The translations under genes and the position numbers were made by a program. Below the pieces are notes generated by a model that was given only the letters and a program-made list of their open reading frames with translations, was not told where the DNA came from and did no database searches. 64,000 nucleotides of DNA, from contig NW_026863663.1 of NCBI RefSeq assembly GCF_026571515.1, forward strand, positions 1 through 64,000, written 5' to 3'. Shown here piece by piece: positions 1 through 12,900 of this stretch. How positions within the stretch are numbered: the stretch's first letter is position 1; the number at the start of each line of letters is the position of its first letter. This DNA is from Ruditapes philippinarum (taxonomy: Eukaryota).

Positions 1-3000
1 CAGATGGGCCCCTTTTGCCCGAAAAAATGCATTAAAAGGGGGGCGATAGGGCCCGGGTTCCCGTCTGTTTGGGTTTTTTTTTGTTTTCTGTTCGGCAAAC
101 GAAATTTATATATCAAAACCAAAATGTTGTTTAAACTTGCGATTGAGTATGAAAAAAGCGCGTATGTTTTTGAATAACAAAAAAATCAAAACCTTTAATT
201 CCCCGGCTAGGGATCCGGTTTCTGCCTCCCCCAGTTAAAACTGGGGTTCCGTGTGACCCATTAAAGAGTCTGTACAAAGAAATAAGGAAAAAAAAAAAAA
301 AAAAATGAAATAAAAAAAAGTTTTTTTATTTTTTTATTTTTTACTTCCCATTTTTTTTAAAATTTTCCCGCACTCACAAAGCAAGGTTTTTTAAAAAATT
401 TAAAACGGTTTTTTTTTAGTATTTAAAAATAATTTCCAATAAAATTTTTATGGGGTTACAGTTTTCTCCTTTATTTTAAAGCCAATGCAAGCTTAAAGTC
501 TATAATAACAATTATTTTCAAATTTCCCCCAACCCCAAATAAAAAAAAACCAAAAAAAAACCAAAAAAAACAAAAAAACAACAAAGTTTTGAGAGTTTTT
601 AATTTTAAAATTTTCTTTCAAAAAATTTTTTTGCCAAGAACCCTTATAATTGGAATAACAAACCGGGGGGACGGGCCCTTTTTTGGTTTTTAGGAAATTT
701 TCTAGAATCAAAGGAAGTTCCGAATAAAAAGGTTTTGAGGGGAAAAATACCTAAAAATTCGAAAAAAAATTTTAAAAAGAATAAAAAAAAAATAAACATT
801 TGGCATTAAAAAAAAAAAAAACCCATTTAAAAACGATGGAGCAAATTTGTCTATAGCTTTTGCTTTCTGAATTTTTTTAATATTTTTTCTAAAAATCAAC
901 ATACACAATTTTAAGTTTAAAATTTTTTTTGTCCAAACAAATTTAATTTTCCAAATTTTGTTGTTAAAATTTTGGTTAAATTTTTACTTACTAAATAAAA
1001 TTACTGAAAATTTTCGTCTAACCCCAGTCTAAAAAAATTTCAATAATCATTTTTAAAGGGGGGATTGAGGGATGGTTTTCAAATCTGATTTGTAAAAAGT
1101 CAAAGGGTTTGCAAAAAAGGGAAAATAAAAAAAAATTTGTCGAGGTCTGGTTTTCTAAAAGTGGGATACCAATAATTTTATTTTTTTACATAAAATTACA
1201 TGTTGGGCAAAGGGAGAGGAAAAATTTATTTAAATAGTAACTTTTTTATATCCTTTTAATTAAGAAAAAAAGTCTGTTATAAATTGGAGTGTTTTAAAAC
1301 TTAATTTTTCCAAAACATTTTTTTTTTCACTTGATAGGAATAAATTTGCTTTAAACCAATCCTTGAAAATTAAGAATAAAAATATTAAAATTTTTTTGGT
1401 TTAAAAAACTCTTTGGGTTAAAGGGCCCCCCCTCCCCTAAAAACCTAATTGAACCAAAAAAAAACTGTTTTTCGATTGGGCAAATCAATGGGGTTTTTTA
1501 AAATGTTATTTGAAAAACTAAGGCTAATAAGATTTTGTTAAATTTATTAATCAAAGTATTTTTCCCTTCAAAATTTTCCCAATTTTTTTTCTTTAAACTC
1601 CTTTGTTTTTACTAATTGCTCGTTTTCCGGGGTTTTTTTTCCCCAGAAATGATAGTTTTTTAGAAAATAAAGTATAAAATTCGTGACATTTCAGTAAAAA
1701 AAAGTGCCTAATTTTGGGTTGATAGGGCCACCCCTAAATGTGATATTTTAAAACCCTTGACAAGGTGACATTTGTAGGGGCAAAAAGGGGGAGCTATGGG
1801 TGATTTGTGAAATGCCTTTTTTTTGGGGGAAAAAATAATGTTAAATCAAAAAGGGGGTTTAAATTTTTAATAAATCTTTAACAAAAAAAATTGGTCGCCT
1901 CCCTCCCGGCGGGCCTTCCCAAAATTATTTTTTTAATAAATTTTTTAAAAAAAAAACACTAACCTAAAACAATTTTTAAATAAGGTTCATTACTGACGCA
2001 TTAAATGTAAGAATACTTTTGAATGAATCTTACAAGTTTTTTTTTGACCCCCCACAATATTTTTTTCTATCTGCTTTGACACCGAATAGATAATTTACTT
2101 TAAACCCTTCGGGCAGGGAAATTCTTAGCACGTTTTGATTTTTAATCAGCAGATTGGTGGATAATAAATCCTTTGGGTTAAAGGGGCTTTTCACGAAAAA
2201 TTGTTCCGGGGGCCCCGCATGGGTACTCTTTAAAGGGTTTTTGAAAATTTACTTAAACCCAAATCGACATATTTTAAACCAGATCGACTTGTCTTTCTTA
2301 GAGCTTTTTGGGGAATAACAAAAAAATACCCAATTTTGAATCCGAATTTTTTATTGGGGGGCTCCCATTATAAAACGCACATCAATCTTTAGACGCTTAT
2401 TTTTTTTCTCATATATTAATTAACAAAAAAGGCACATTTATGATTTCTAAAAAGGGTCCCATAAAAACCCTTTTATTGTACACTACTTAAATTTTTGCGG
2501 ACTTTTTTTAATGCCTTGCAAGATGGAATTTTAAAAACTTTTCTCACGGAATGACTTATTTTGGTGATGGCAAAGGGGGCCAAAATATGTAATTACATAC
2601 AATTTTTTTGACATTTCCCTTTTTCCCAACCATTTGGGTTTTGGGACGCAAACGGGGTTCAATTTGCTGTCTCACAGGGCTACTACATTCAAAAAAAAAT
2701 CTTCCCCATTGTTTTTTTGAATTTTTAGCTTTTTTTAAACCCTTTTCTTACCCTTTTAATCTTTTCAAGTTAAAGAACTTAATATTTTCCTGAATCCTTA
2801 AAATTGACAATGGTCACTTCTAGACATTTGAAAGGGAATATTCTTGCAAAGAAAGCAGGGGGTTAAAGCTTTGGGAAAACCACGTCCCAAGGAAAATTGG
2901 GGGAAAGGGTTTTCCCTCCGACAATGGGTGACGTTGTTGTTTTTTCCTTTTTCACCCTAAATTTAAAAGAGTAAAACTACTCGAAAATTGTTAAAATTTT

Positions 3001-4760
3001 ATCCAGTATCTTGGGCAAAAGGGTTTTCATTGTTAAGCTCAGTATATTGATACAAACTTTAGCGAAATTTTAAGCTTGGGGGTTTTTCCCATATTTTTTC
3101 ACTTGATAAAAAAGGTTTTAATGGCGCCATGTTTTTTTGGGCCGCCGATTTTTTTGGCATGGGTATCGAAATTTTTTTTGTTTTGCACTAATAAAAAACT
3201 GTATTTAAATTTTTTAAGAAGTTTTTAAAAAGAAAGGGAAAAATAGGAAAATTATTAACACGTATGATAATTTTAAACCCAAAGGTAATTACCCTTTTCC
3301 TTACAGCTTAACAAAACAACTCGTTTCCTACGTCAATAACTACTATTTATTTAAATTGAAAATCTTCTTCCCCATATGTTGGAAATTTTTGAACCTTTAA
3401 TTTTTGACAAGTTGTCAAAATTTTTTTACCTTTTTCCCCTTAAAAAAATAATCTTTTTAAACCCGGGGCGGGGGGGGGGGTTGGGGTTGGAAAGGGAAAT
3501 TAAACCAAATGTGCGAGACAAGGGCCTCCAAAATTTTTGCAAATTTGGAAACTAAATTTTAAGGGAACCCAAATTTTTGTATTTTGAAGTTTATTCAACT
3601 TATTTAACCCGATCTTGAGGGAAAGGGGAAATGGGTGTTCATTCGCCAAAGGGGCATTTTAAATTTGTCTTTGGAAAATTTTTTAAAAAATATTTGATAA
3701 TTAAATTTGGGGTTTCCCGAGGTTTTATTTTGGGTAGAAAGGGGGGTTTAATTTTAAAACCCCGGGGAGGATGTTATACACTGACGGGTATTGGGAAATT
3801 TGCCCAATGGTGTTTTATTGTTTTAAAAATGACATTAGGGGCCCATTTATTTTCCCTGCCCTTTAAAGCAAAATTAAAATTTTATTTGGGTTTTTCGCCG
3901 GGAATCTTTTCGCGTGGGATTGGGAGTCAAAAAACAAATTTTGACGTAAAAAGGGGCACCAAATTTAAATTTTCCTTTTTTTTACAAATTTTAACTTCCC
4001 TTTAATTATTTAAAGTAAAAATAAAAATTTCTAGAAATTTTGGGTTAAATTTATAACGACTCGTCATTTTAAGTATCATTTGGGAGGAAACCCGGGCCTA
4101 AAAAATTCAACAATTTACGCGGATTATTTTCCCGCCACTTTTCGACTAAAGCTCTTAAATAGGGCTTTCCAAAAACTGAAGTCTTTTATTAAATTTTTTT
4201 TTATCTGATTTTAAAACCATTTTATTTTCTGTCAACAAATAATGGATACTTGCACAGTTTGTATTGTCACAAAAAATTTTTAAACCCAAAAATGCATGAA
4301 AATTTAAAAAAATCATTGTAACAAAATTTTAAGATTTGGGACCTTTAAAGGGCATCGTCCCTTTACCTAGGGTTTTTTAAGATTCTGTGGAATTAAATAT
4401 GTACAAAATTTTAAAAAAGAAAAAGAAATGTTTTTCAAGCTGGCCCGGGCGATGAAAAAAATATACATATTTTTATATTTACTTTTAAAAACCCGGGGGG
4501 GTTTGGGGGGTTGGAAAGAAATAAACAAAAGAATAGGAACTATCTAAAAAGCATTACATTTACTTACAGAAAAAATGTTTAATTCAAACTTCAAAAAGAA
4601 ATTTAAAGAAAAAGAAAAAAAGAAATTTTAGATAAATTTTTACATAAAAAGAAAATTTTTTTAATTTTAAATGCGTTTTAAAAGGCAAACCCAAAAAAAT
4701 TAAAAGATTTAAAAAGGGTGCAAAAAAAGAGACAAAATTGGGTTTTTAATACGAAATGTT
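1..4760. other. Low-accuracy, homopolymer-inflated assembly segment; not annotatable
   Basis: Extreme excess of A/T/G/C runs. The same distortion can be shown directly at 40196-41100 by comparison with its clean inverted copy. Confidence 0.75.
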
Positions 4761-4767
4761 CAAAACC

Positions 4768-4997
4768 ATTTAGCCTTGCCAAAGCAAAATCAACATAAAG
4801 GGTTTTCGACCCATGGATCCAGAACCCGCCGCGCATCCGCGCAGTCTGTTTAGGATCCTGCTGTTTGCTTCAAACCGTAAACAATAGAGGGAAATATAGC
4901 GAAAAGCGGGGTCCCGATCGACTGCGCGGGTGCGCAGGTTGGGTTTGGGTCATCTGGCCAAACCCCTTATGTTGGTTTTGTCATGGCGCGGCTCATT
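4768..4997. mobile_element. Palindromic MITE-like repeat of a type common in clam genomes
   Basis: Internal inverted symmetry: gcgcatccgcgcagtc vs gactgcgcgggtgcgc, and caaaatcaacataa vs ttatgttggttttg. Ends in gtcatggcgcggctcat. The left half is error-distorted. Confidence 0.7.
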
Positions 4998-7139
4998 TAA
5001 ACTTCGTTTCAAAAATCATCTGTTTTTGGACGGTATAAAACTTTGGAGGGCGCAATTTATATTTGGTTTTTTCTCCAGTTACCGAAGCTTTTAGATATGT
5101 TATGGAACATTAAAAGCTTATTTACCAAAAGCAACTCGTAAACATGTCTTTTAGCTATTAAAATGTTTTAATGCCTTTTAAAACACATTGTAATATCGCA
5201 TACAAATGACGTCAACTGTAAAAGCCATTTCAGCAATTTCTGAAGAAGAAATTATTCTGTTTACTAGTACAACTTATATTATATTCTAAAGTTGCCTTTA
5301 CTTCCTGTATTTTTTGCAGCAATTTTTGAGTTTTAATTTAAAAATAAAAAAATATTGATAGTTTGTGGAAAAAAAGGATGAAAACATGTTGTGTTTTTTT
5401 CCAATTTTGTCATTTGAAATCAACCATCGAAATTCCCAATGTGTTTGCATGTGGTAAAACGTGCATTGTTGATATTATTCTTTGACATCAACAATGCGGC
5501 ATTACTCCGACACATTCAGTGGCTGAACTAAATCGCCAGACAGATAGCAGCACAAATTGTTATTAATGTCTATGTGGCAGTAGGGAAAGCAGTTCGAGGA
5601 AGGCTTGAAAAATGTTTATGAAATAAAGACTTGTAAACATCTAAATGAAAAGAATGCTTAACATGGGCATGAACGGAACCTTAATCAAGCAACGCAAGTA
5701 CGCACGCGTCGACGCTTTGGCATTTTTTCAGTGAATCTCACACACACTAACGACGCACCTGTATGCCGCACATATGTATATCATATGCGAATCAATCGTT
5801 CATTTTAGATATGTATTTTTGATTTTTCTGACAGGCTCATAAATTATCTTCTGTTTTTTCAGCTAAAATGTAATTTTTCGAAATAATCATCAGATTTAAA
5901 AAAAAAAAAATACCTGCCGATTTGTATACACTCTCAGAGGAAACAAACATGTTCAAAGTTATTCACGCCAAACTCTATTCGCATGAAATGGTAAAATACA
6001 AAATAAACAATTTTGCTATTTGGATTTACTCCCCAGAAAATATGTTTAAATGGATGATATATTAAAACGTTTTTTTTAAATTCGTCGCTGATATGAAATA
6101 ATTGCTTAACCGACTATCAATCTATCATACACTTTAAATAACACGCACATGTTTTTTGCCATTCCTCAAAAAGGGGTGCCCCATTAAATTTTTTACATTT
6201 TCAAACTTTTTTGATTAAAGACTCTTAAAATGCAATAAAAAAAATTGAAGTCAGGCGAACGGGTATAAAAAATTGTAAATAAAACACCGAAGTTAAACTC
6301 TTCCTTAAAGCTCTTAAAATGCAAATGAATACCGAAAAAAACATAATTTGTTTTCAATTACTGGGAATTCTACGAGACAAACTTAGCCAATTTTACAATA
6401 TAAATATCAAATGACTTGCCATAGTGTATGTTTTTTAATAAATTAGATTTTCTCAAATATATTTAAATAGTTCTGCCTTTGGATAATAATCCGCCTATTT
6501 TTTACCTTGTCTGAAATACTCCTGCTTGACGTACGTAAAGTGCATATTTATTATAAACAGGACTGATTTTTAGAATTTTGGCCCCCCTATAAATGTTGAG
6601 GCATTTTTTTAAATACAAGATACATCTTGGTTTTTTTACCTATTTTTTAAGGGATGCTGAATTTTCCCATAAAGGTGGGTACCCAAAAAGGGAAAATTGA
6701 TCTTTCCCTTGAAAAGGCCAAATTTAAAAAGACCCCTAAAAAGGCCCCCAAATTTTTTTATCATAAAAGGGTGATAGGCAAATAAAAATTTTAAGGAAAG
6801 GGAAAAGGCCCGAAATTTGTCAAAAAGATTTTAGTTAAAAACAAATTTGACACCAAAAAAAAAACAAACCAAAATGGCCGAAAATCTAAGATGGCAGACA
6901 TTTTTCTATAGGCCAATATAACAGTAATATAGAAGTAATATTAAAAGATAGTACTGAAAACTTTAAGGCATTTTCGCAGCGAACACTACACTCTTTCCTG
7001 CCCTATCTTTCATGTATTTTATCTGGCACTCTATGCAAGCATATAGAGTGGCTACTCAGATGCCTACTTATATTTACACAGCGTATGTCTGAGGGGGTTA
7101 AAGACGTGTGCATGCAAAATATACATATAAAATTATTGG

Positions 7140-7860
7140 TTGTTTGTTTTCTGTTATCGGTCTCGTCTTCGTTCTTCTGTTATCGGTTCTCGTCGGTTCT
7201 CCCGATTGTTATCGGTCGTGACTTTCGTTCTTCGTTATTGTCTTCGTCGCAATTCTCTTGTTGTCAGTCTCTTTATTGGTCGTATCTTTGTTCATCTGTA
7301 ATCGTCCTAGTCTCAGTTTTTGTTGTTTTAATGTTCTTTTTATCGGTTCTCGCCTCGGTTTTTGTTATCGTTCCGTCGTCTTCTTCTTCGTTTCATCTGT
7401 GTTCTTCTGTTTTCGTATTTTTCCTTCTTTTTGTAACCAGTCTTGTCTCCGTTTTTTGTTGTCAATTCTGTATCGGTCTGGGCTCTATTTTCTGTTATCA
7501 ATCCTCGTTCCGTTTTTCTTGTGTTTTCGTTTCTGTTATCGGCCCCTGTCTCTGTTCGCTTTTGTTTTTTTCTTCCTGTTTATCGAATCCTTTCTCAGTT
7601 CGCTAGTTTTGTCCCTTCTGTTTCCGGTCGCCTGTCCTGTTATTTCTGTTCGGTCCTGTCCTCAAATCTTCTGTTATCGGTTCCCTCGTCTCTGTTCTGC
7701 CTTGTTGTCAGTCTTGTCTTTCGTTTCTTCTTTCTGTTTATCGGTCCGTCGTCTTCGGTTCCCTTGATTTAGGTTACTTGTTTCCTATTCCGTTTAAGGT
7801 CTTCTCTTGTATCTTTTCGTTTGCCGTCATTCTTGTCCTATGGTCCTGGTTTTGTCAGTC
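7140..7860. repeat. Degenerate T/C-rich, A-poor minisatellite-like tract with core tgttatcggt
   Basis: About ten copies of tgttatcg(g/t) embedded in ttc/gtc/ttg filler; accounts for three overlapping spurious ORFs. Confidence 0.7.
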
Positions 7861-7884
7861 TTTGAAAATCATTTATTCGTTCAG

Positions 7885-7959
7885 TGGAGTAGCGGGGGAT
7901 CGAACTCACGACCCCTTGATTTGTAAGGCAGACAGTGTTACCACTGCACCATAGCGCCC
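7885..7959 (-). mobile_element. tRNA-derived SINE head or pseudo-tRNA (Val-TAC-like)
   Basis: Reverse complement gggcgctatggtgcagtggtaacactgtctgccttacaaatcaaggggtcgtgagttcgatcccccgctactcca has A box TGGTGCAGTGG and B box GTTCGATCC, but the acceptor and anticodon stems pair poorly. Confidence 0.6.
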
Positions 7960-8867
7960 GCTCTGAATAATAACCATTTTTTGAAAATCCTTTATACATA
8001 AAATACTATTTCAATGGCTAACAAAGGGTGTATTACAATTATTTTTTAACACCTCTACTATGAAGCCAACCCACGGGGTGAACTTTTTTTATATATGGTC
8101 AAAGAAAAATATTACTCCATTTTTTTTACAAGTTAATATTTTTATAGATAACTGTTTTGCTGTTACTTTTTAAGATATCCTGGGTAAATGTATTGGAGGG
8201 TACCCGGAAATTCTAAAATGTATATCAAAATAATGTGACAATTTTCGATAGCTGCCATGGTATAGCAAGCACACGTAGCAATCTCCCGGTTTCAGACATT
8301 TTATGACTCGATGAAAATATGGTGTTGTTATTGTTGTTGTTGTTTTTATGGCCATCTTGAATTGACCTTTTGAAGGTCAAGGTCAATTTTATTTTCTTGG
8401 TATCCACCCTCATAGTCGTCAGCATACCCATATTAGGTTAAAGTGACATTATGCTCATATTTTCATAGTGAAGTTGTGCAGAATTGACTTTATATTTCAA
8501 AAGATTGACTGTCAAAATGGGGTTTGACCAATAGTTGATATTGGAAAATGTTTAGGATAAAATTATAAATCTGCCAAAAATTTAAAAAGACTGCCCCACT
8601 CTTTTTATAAACTAAGCGTTATACGTAAATTCTAATGGAAGTTTTCTGAAATTTCATTCGGATCTGTATGTTATTTATTGTTTATGCGAACTAAATTATT
8701 AAATTAAAAGGGATTATGGCAAAATGAAAACATTTTTTGATCTTCACCCGTTCACTCACTATATACGCTTGGATGGGCATAATGACGCTTTAAAACACTC
8801 AAGATATTACTTGTACTATAAAATGCCTCTAGCATTCATATTTTCTTAAAATCAGTCCTGTCTATTA

Positions 8868-9106
8868 CGATAATGATGATTATAACAAAAATGGTGACGA
8901 TGATGACAACAAAGGCGACGACAGCGATGATGATGAAGACGGCGATGATGACGACGACGATGATGATGACGACAGATGATGATGATGATGATGGTGATAA
9001 TGATGACGGCGATGATGATGATAACAATGAAACTAATGATCATAATGATAATGATGGTGATAATGTCGATGATATTATTGTTGTTGTTTTTGTTGATGAG
9101 GATGAT
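8868..9106. repeat. Degenerate (GAT/GAC)n microsatellite
   Basis: Direct reading: gatgatgatgacgacgacgatgat... Confidence 0.9.
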
Positions 9107-9674
9107 TTCATGACTGGTACTTAAAACAACATCAACCAAAACAAGAAGAACATTAACATTAACAAAAATAACAAACAACAATTATAATAATTACATTTGT
9201 TGAAAGAGGCATTTAACACGATCATACTTTTGTATTAGACAAGGCTTTAAGTAAAGAGAAAATGTAATGAAATATAATATTCAATGATATATACACGTAG
9301 ATCAGCGAATAAAAAAGTCATAAAGGTGACGGAGGAGTATTTGCGATACATTTTTTTTCTCGTTTCTCGTATGACCTTAAACAAATAACCGAGACATTAA
9401 TTAGGGGTGAAATGTATGTCAGAAACACTGCTGACAATCAGAAATAAAGAGAAAATGAGAATATAAAAAATCGACGAAGGAAACATTCGTAAATCACCAG
9501 CTCTACAATTGTTCCGATGTTCTTAAATAAATCAGCTTGCCAAGACACCATGTTGGCTTTTTGCACTTTTATGTATGCAAACTAGCCTTCCATAATGTAG
9601 AAAAAGCAGCGCAGGATTACAAAGACTGTGTGTTATGTACATTTTGGTCGATGGATAGTAATTTAATAATTTTG

Positions 9675-9903
9675 GGGGCGTCCGTGGCCGTTGACATCAA
9701 ACCACCTGTGCCTTACCGCTGTAGATTCGAATCCCACCATCAGCTAGCTTACAGAATGCCGGTGGTCCGGTTAAGCCTGACATAATGCACCAAGGGGCAC
9801 CTAAGGTCTTCCTCCACCAAGCTGAAAAGTTGATACACGATCTGAACTGTAATAATGCGACGTATAAATCAAACAACAACAACAAAAAAAAACAACAACA
9901 AAA
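9675..9903 (+). mobile_element. tRNA-derived bivalve-type SINE, family A (degenerate)
   Basis: ggggcgtccgtggccg head, attcgaatccc B box, core cagctagcttac...ataatgcac.aaggggcacct..ggtcttcctccacca..gctgaaaagt and (caa)n tail. The core recurs elsewhere in the window. Confidence 0.75.
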
Positions 9904-12900
9904 ATCGACAACGGCAATTATAATAATTTTATTGCGATTATGTCGCAAAAATGTTACCCATTGTTGCATTATTTGTAATAAAAGATTATATTACACCTTA
10001 TTTCTTGAACTAATCAGTATCTCGTGATTAAATATGTAGTCTAAATTGAATATTATATGAGATGTTAAGATAGCATGCTCATGTCACTAAATGTGTTTTA
10101 AGGCGAACCCTGATTTAATGGCGGTAACATCCGTAGTTTGTAAAGTAAACACATTTTAATTATGTTTCCTGAGTCTAGCTGATAAAATCACAACAGAAAC
10201 CTTCATAATACATGTCCTTATTCAACCTATTATAACCAGCAAAACATGTTTTTCAAGAAAAACAATCCTTCCTGTGGCCGGACAAATGTCACTGACTGCA
10301 TTAGTGGTCTCTCAATTTCGAGGTATGCTAACTCAGCGCTTTTCTCAAGTCATATAATACTTATATTAAACTTGATTGCATTTTTTCTTAGCAAGGGACT
10401 ATTAAACGTCTAGTGGACTTCCTGTGTCTTCCTGTGAAACACACATGGATGAACTAAATCAAACTAGATATTTTTTATTGGACATTAACCCCTTTTCCTC
10501 ATAAGTGCTCCAAGAGGCCGTACGAGTATGTTGCCTTTTGATATTAAGCCCTGCAAGGCTGGTATTTTGGCTTTTGTAAGTTGTTATAATAGCAAATGAA
10601 TAAACCACAAATCATTGAAGAGATGAAGATTAAATATCAACACAACATCTAGTGGTATGTTATTACCAGAATGTATTCATATGATAAGCTAAAATAACAT
10701 AATGATATAATTCGTACTTACGTAGGAAATAGTGTTGGTCTCATTCTTCTGTTATTATCATTAATGACTTGTTCCGACTTAGGGAATAACACAAAATTGA
10801 CTTCGAAATGACACAAAATGATAAACTAAGTAACAGTGTCTTTGTAAAGCTACTTCTTGTTTAAAATATGGTAGAATGTAAAAGTATAATTAAAATTATA
10901 CAGGTATCGTGATTGAAGAAATAAATCATACTGATATATCATGAATTGTATTCTGATGTAATTAGGATATTTTTATAAATAGAAGACACACGATATTAAA
11001 CGCTTTCACTTGTTAATTGCGTCGGTTAGAAATACATTTTCTTTGATACATGATCAATGATAGATATTAGGTTTCATATCTTCTCAAGTAACATACTGTT
11101 ATTTTCTTGTTTTCCAGGCGGTATATTGATCGATAAGACAATAACAGTCGTGAAAAGTATTGTTTTCAAAGCACAAAGAAGTCTCGCTGTCAAAATATCA
11201 CAAAAGACAACGAGAATGCTATAAGCTCTACATTTCATTAGTTGAGGATAACTACAATTTTATATAGGGAAAATATATAATTCATTATATATCATTATAC
11301 AATTTTATAAAGAGAAAACGGAAAAGAACTGAGTAATATATTTAGTCGAATTAATATTCACACCAGTATCTATGGTGTACCTATATATAGTTTTTAAAAC
11401 TGAAAAACTGGAAACAACGATAAAGGGAGCGGAGACCATGTTCTTCAGGCGTTTGCAGTTCACTCCTCGGGTCACGAACGTGCTCATAAGACACCAGTAC
11501 TGGTTGGTTTAAGCAAGCGTAATTGGAAGTGATTTATTAATATCAGTTGCAAGAACATGTTTCTTTTTTCTTGCTAAAACATTGCTAATTTAGGTCATTA
11601 AATTTTAAATATTGCTTGAACAACAACGGCAGTATCACTATCCTCCAAAAGAATGATCTTTTCTTTGTCCTTTCCTTTTCTTTAGTTTAGATATAAATCT
11701 TGTTTTATCTGGTAACAGTTTTATGCATCCATAGATCACAAAAGATTATTTCTCTCTTTCTGCCGACTCCATGATATGTGAAATTCCCACAAACATTCCA
11801 ATGAAAATGCGGACACATTTGGAGGGTATTTCGTGTAACGAAAAGTGGTAAAACATGTTAAACTCTCATCAGCTTTGTTATCAAAACAGTTTGTAATCTC
11901 GAGTTTTATCGTGAGAGCTAATATTTCATGTACAAGTTAAAAAGAGAGGCAGGTGTTTGGCAAGAGGCGTTTGATTATTGTAGTAACAGATGGACTGATA
12001 TTTCTCAAGTTAACTGCAAAATTATTTTGAAAAACTATGGTTAAGTGATCATGTATTTGACTCTCAACAAGTGTTTCAGTGCGCTGGAATTCCACAAGAA
12101 GTTCACTAAAGTTATGCTCCTTTAGATCAATCTATTGATGTTACGTCAAAGGGTACCTATTTAAAATGAAATTAAAATATGCTTAAGGCTGTCTTCAAAG
12201 AAAGGCAGTTGTGTTAATAGATGTAAATAAAAATGGTAAATAGATGTAAATAAAAATGAATATAAAAATGAAAACATGGGTAAATACTTTGACAGTATAA
12301 GATTATATGAAGTAATGGATTATAGCATGTATAGAATATTTAATTTACTTCCTACATTCACAGCAAAAAAAAGGATAATGTACTTACCTGTTCAAAGAAA
12401 ACCTTAGTAGACATTCATATCACTGTTAATTACTACTTCATTTATACACATAGTTATAAACAACAATAAAACACCGTGGCCAAAATAACATAAATTTTAA
12501 TTAGCTTGATACTTTGTAATAATTTGTCGAGAAATACAGTGTGATGCATGATATAATATAAACATACACACAAGGTGATGTGGAGACTTGCCAGATTGTT
12601 TCTAATGTAAATAATTATCTTGATACTGAACACAACTAACAAAAATATCATGTAGTAACAGGGTTGGTAACACATACATTCCCATATCTCCAGGCAATAT
12701 TTATAGAGCTTTAACACATTATTTACTGCCGAGTGTGATAAAAGCTTAGAGTTTGTTTGAACCTCTCTCAAGTCTGGTTCGTTTGAGGATATGTTTTCTT
12801 GATCCAATCCATCCAACACACCATCCCTTAGCTGAGAAGCAGGAAACCTTTCCACCAGGCAATATCTTTCGTCTTTAATGTCAATGTATTTCTACAGAGT

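Noticed and set aside
7085-7772. Three overlapping 109-173 aa ORFs
   Set aside because: By-product of an A-poor repeat that rarely forms stop codons; the peptides are low complexity.
7885-7959. Functional tRNA-Val gene
   Set aside because: A and B boxes are present but the acceptor and anticodon stems do not pair; treated as SINE-like.
8836-9181. Poly-Asp, poly-Ser and poly-Ile ORFs
   Set aside because: Translations of a (GAT)n microsatellite.
12790-12830. VLDGLDQ as a NACHT Walker B motif
   Set aside because: No Walker A or other NACHT motif nearby, and the preceding residues are not a hydrophobic strand.
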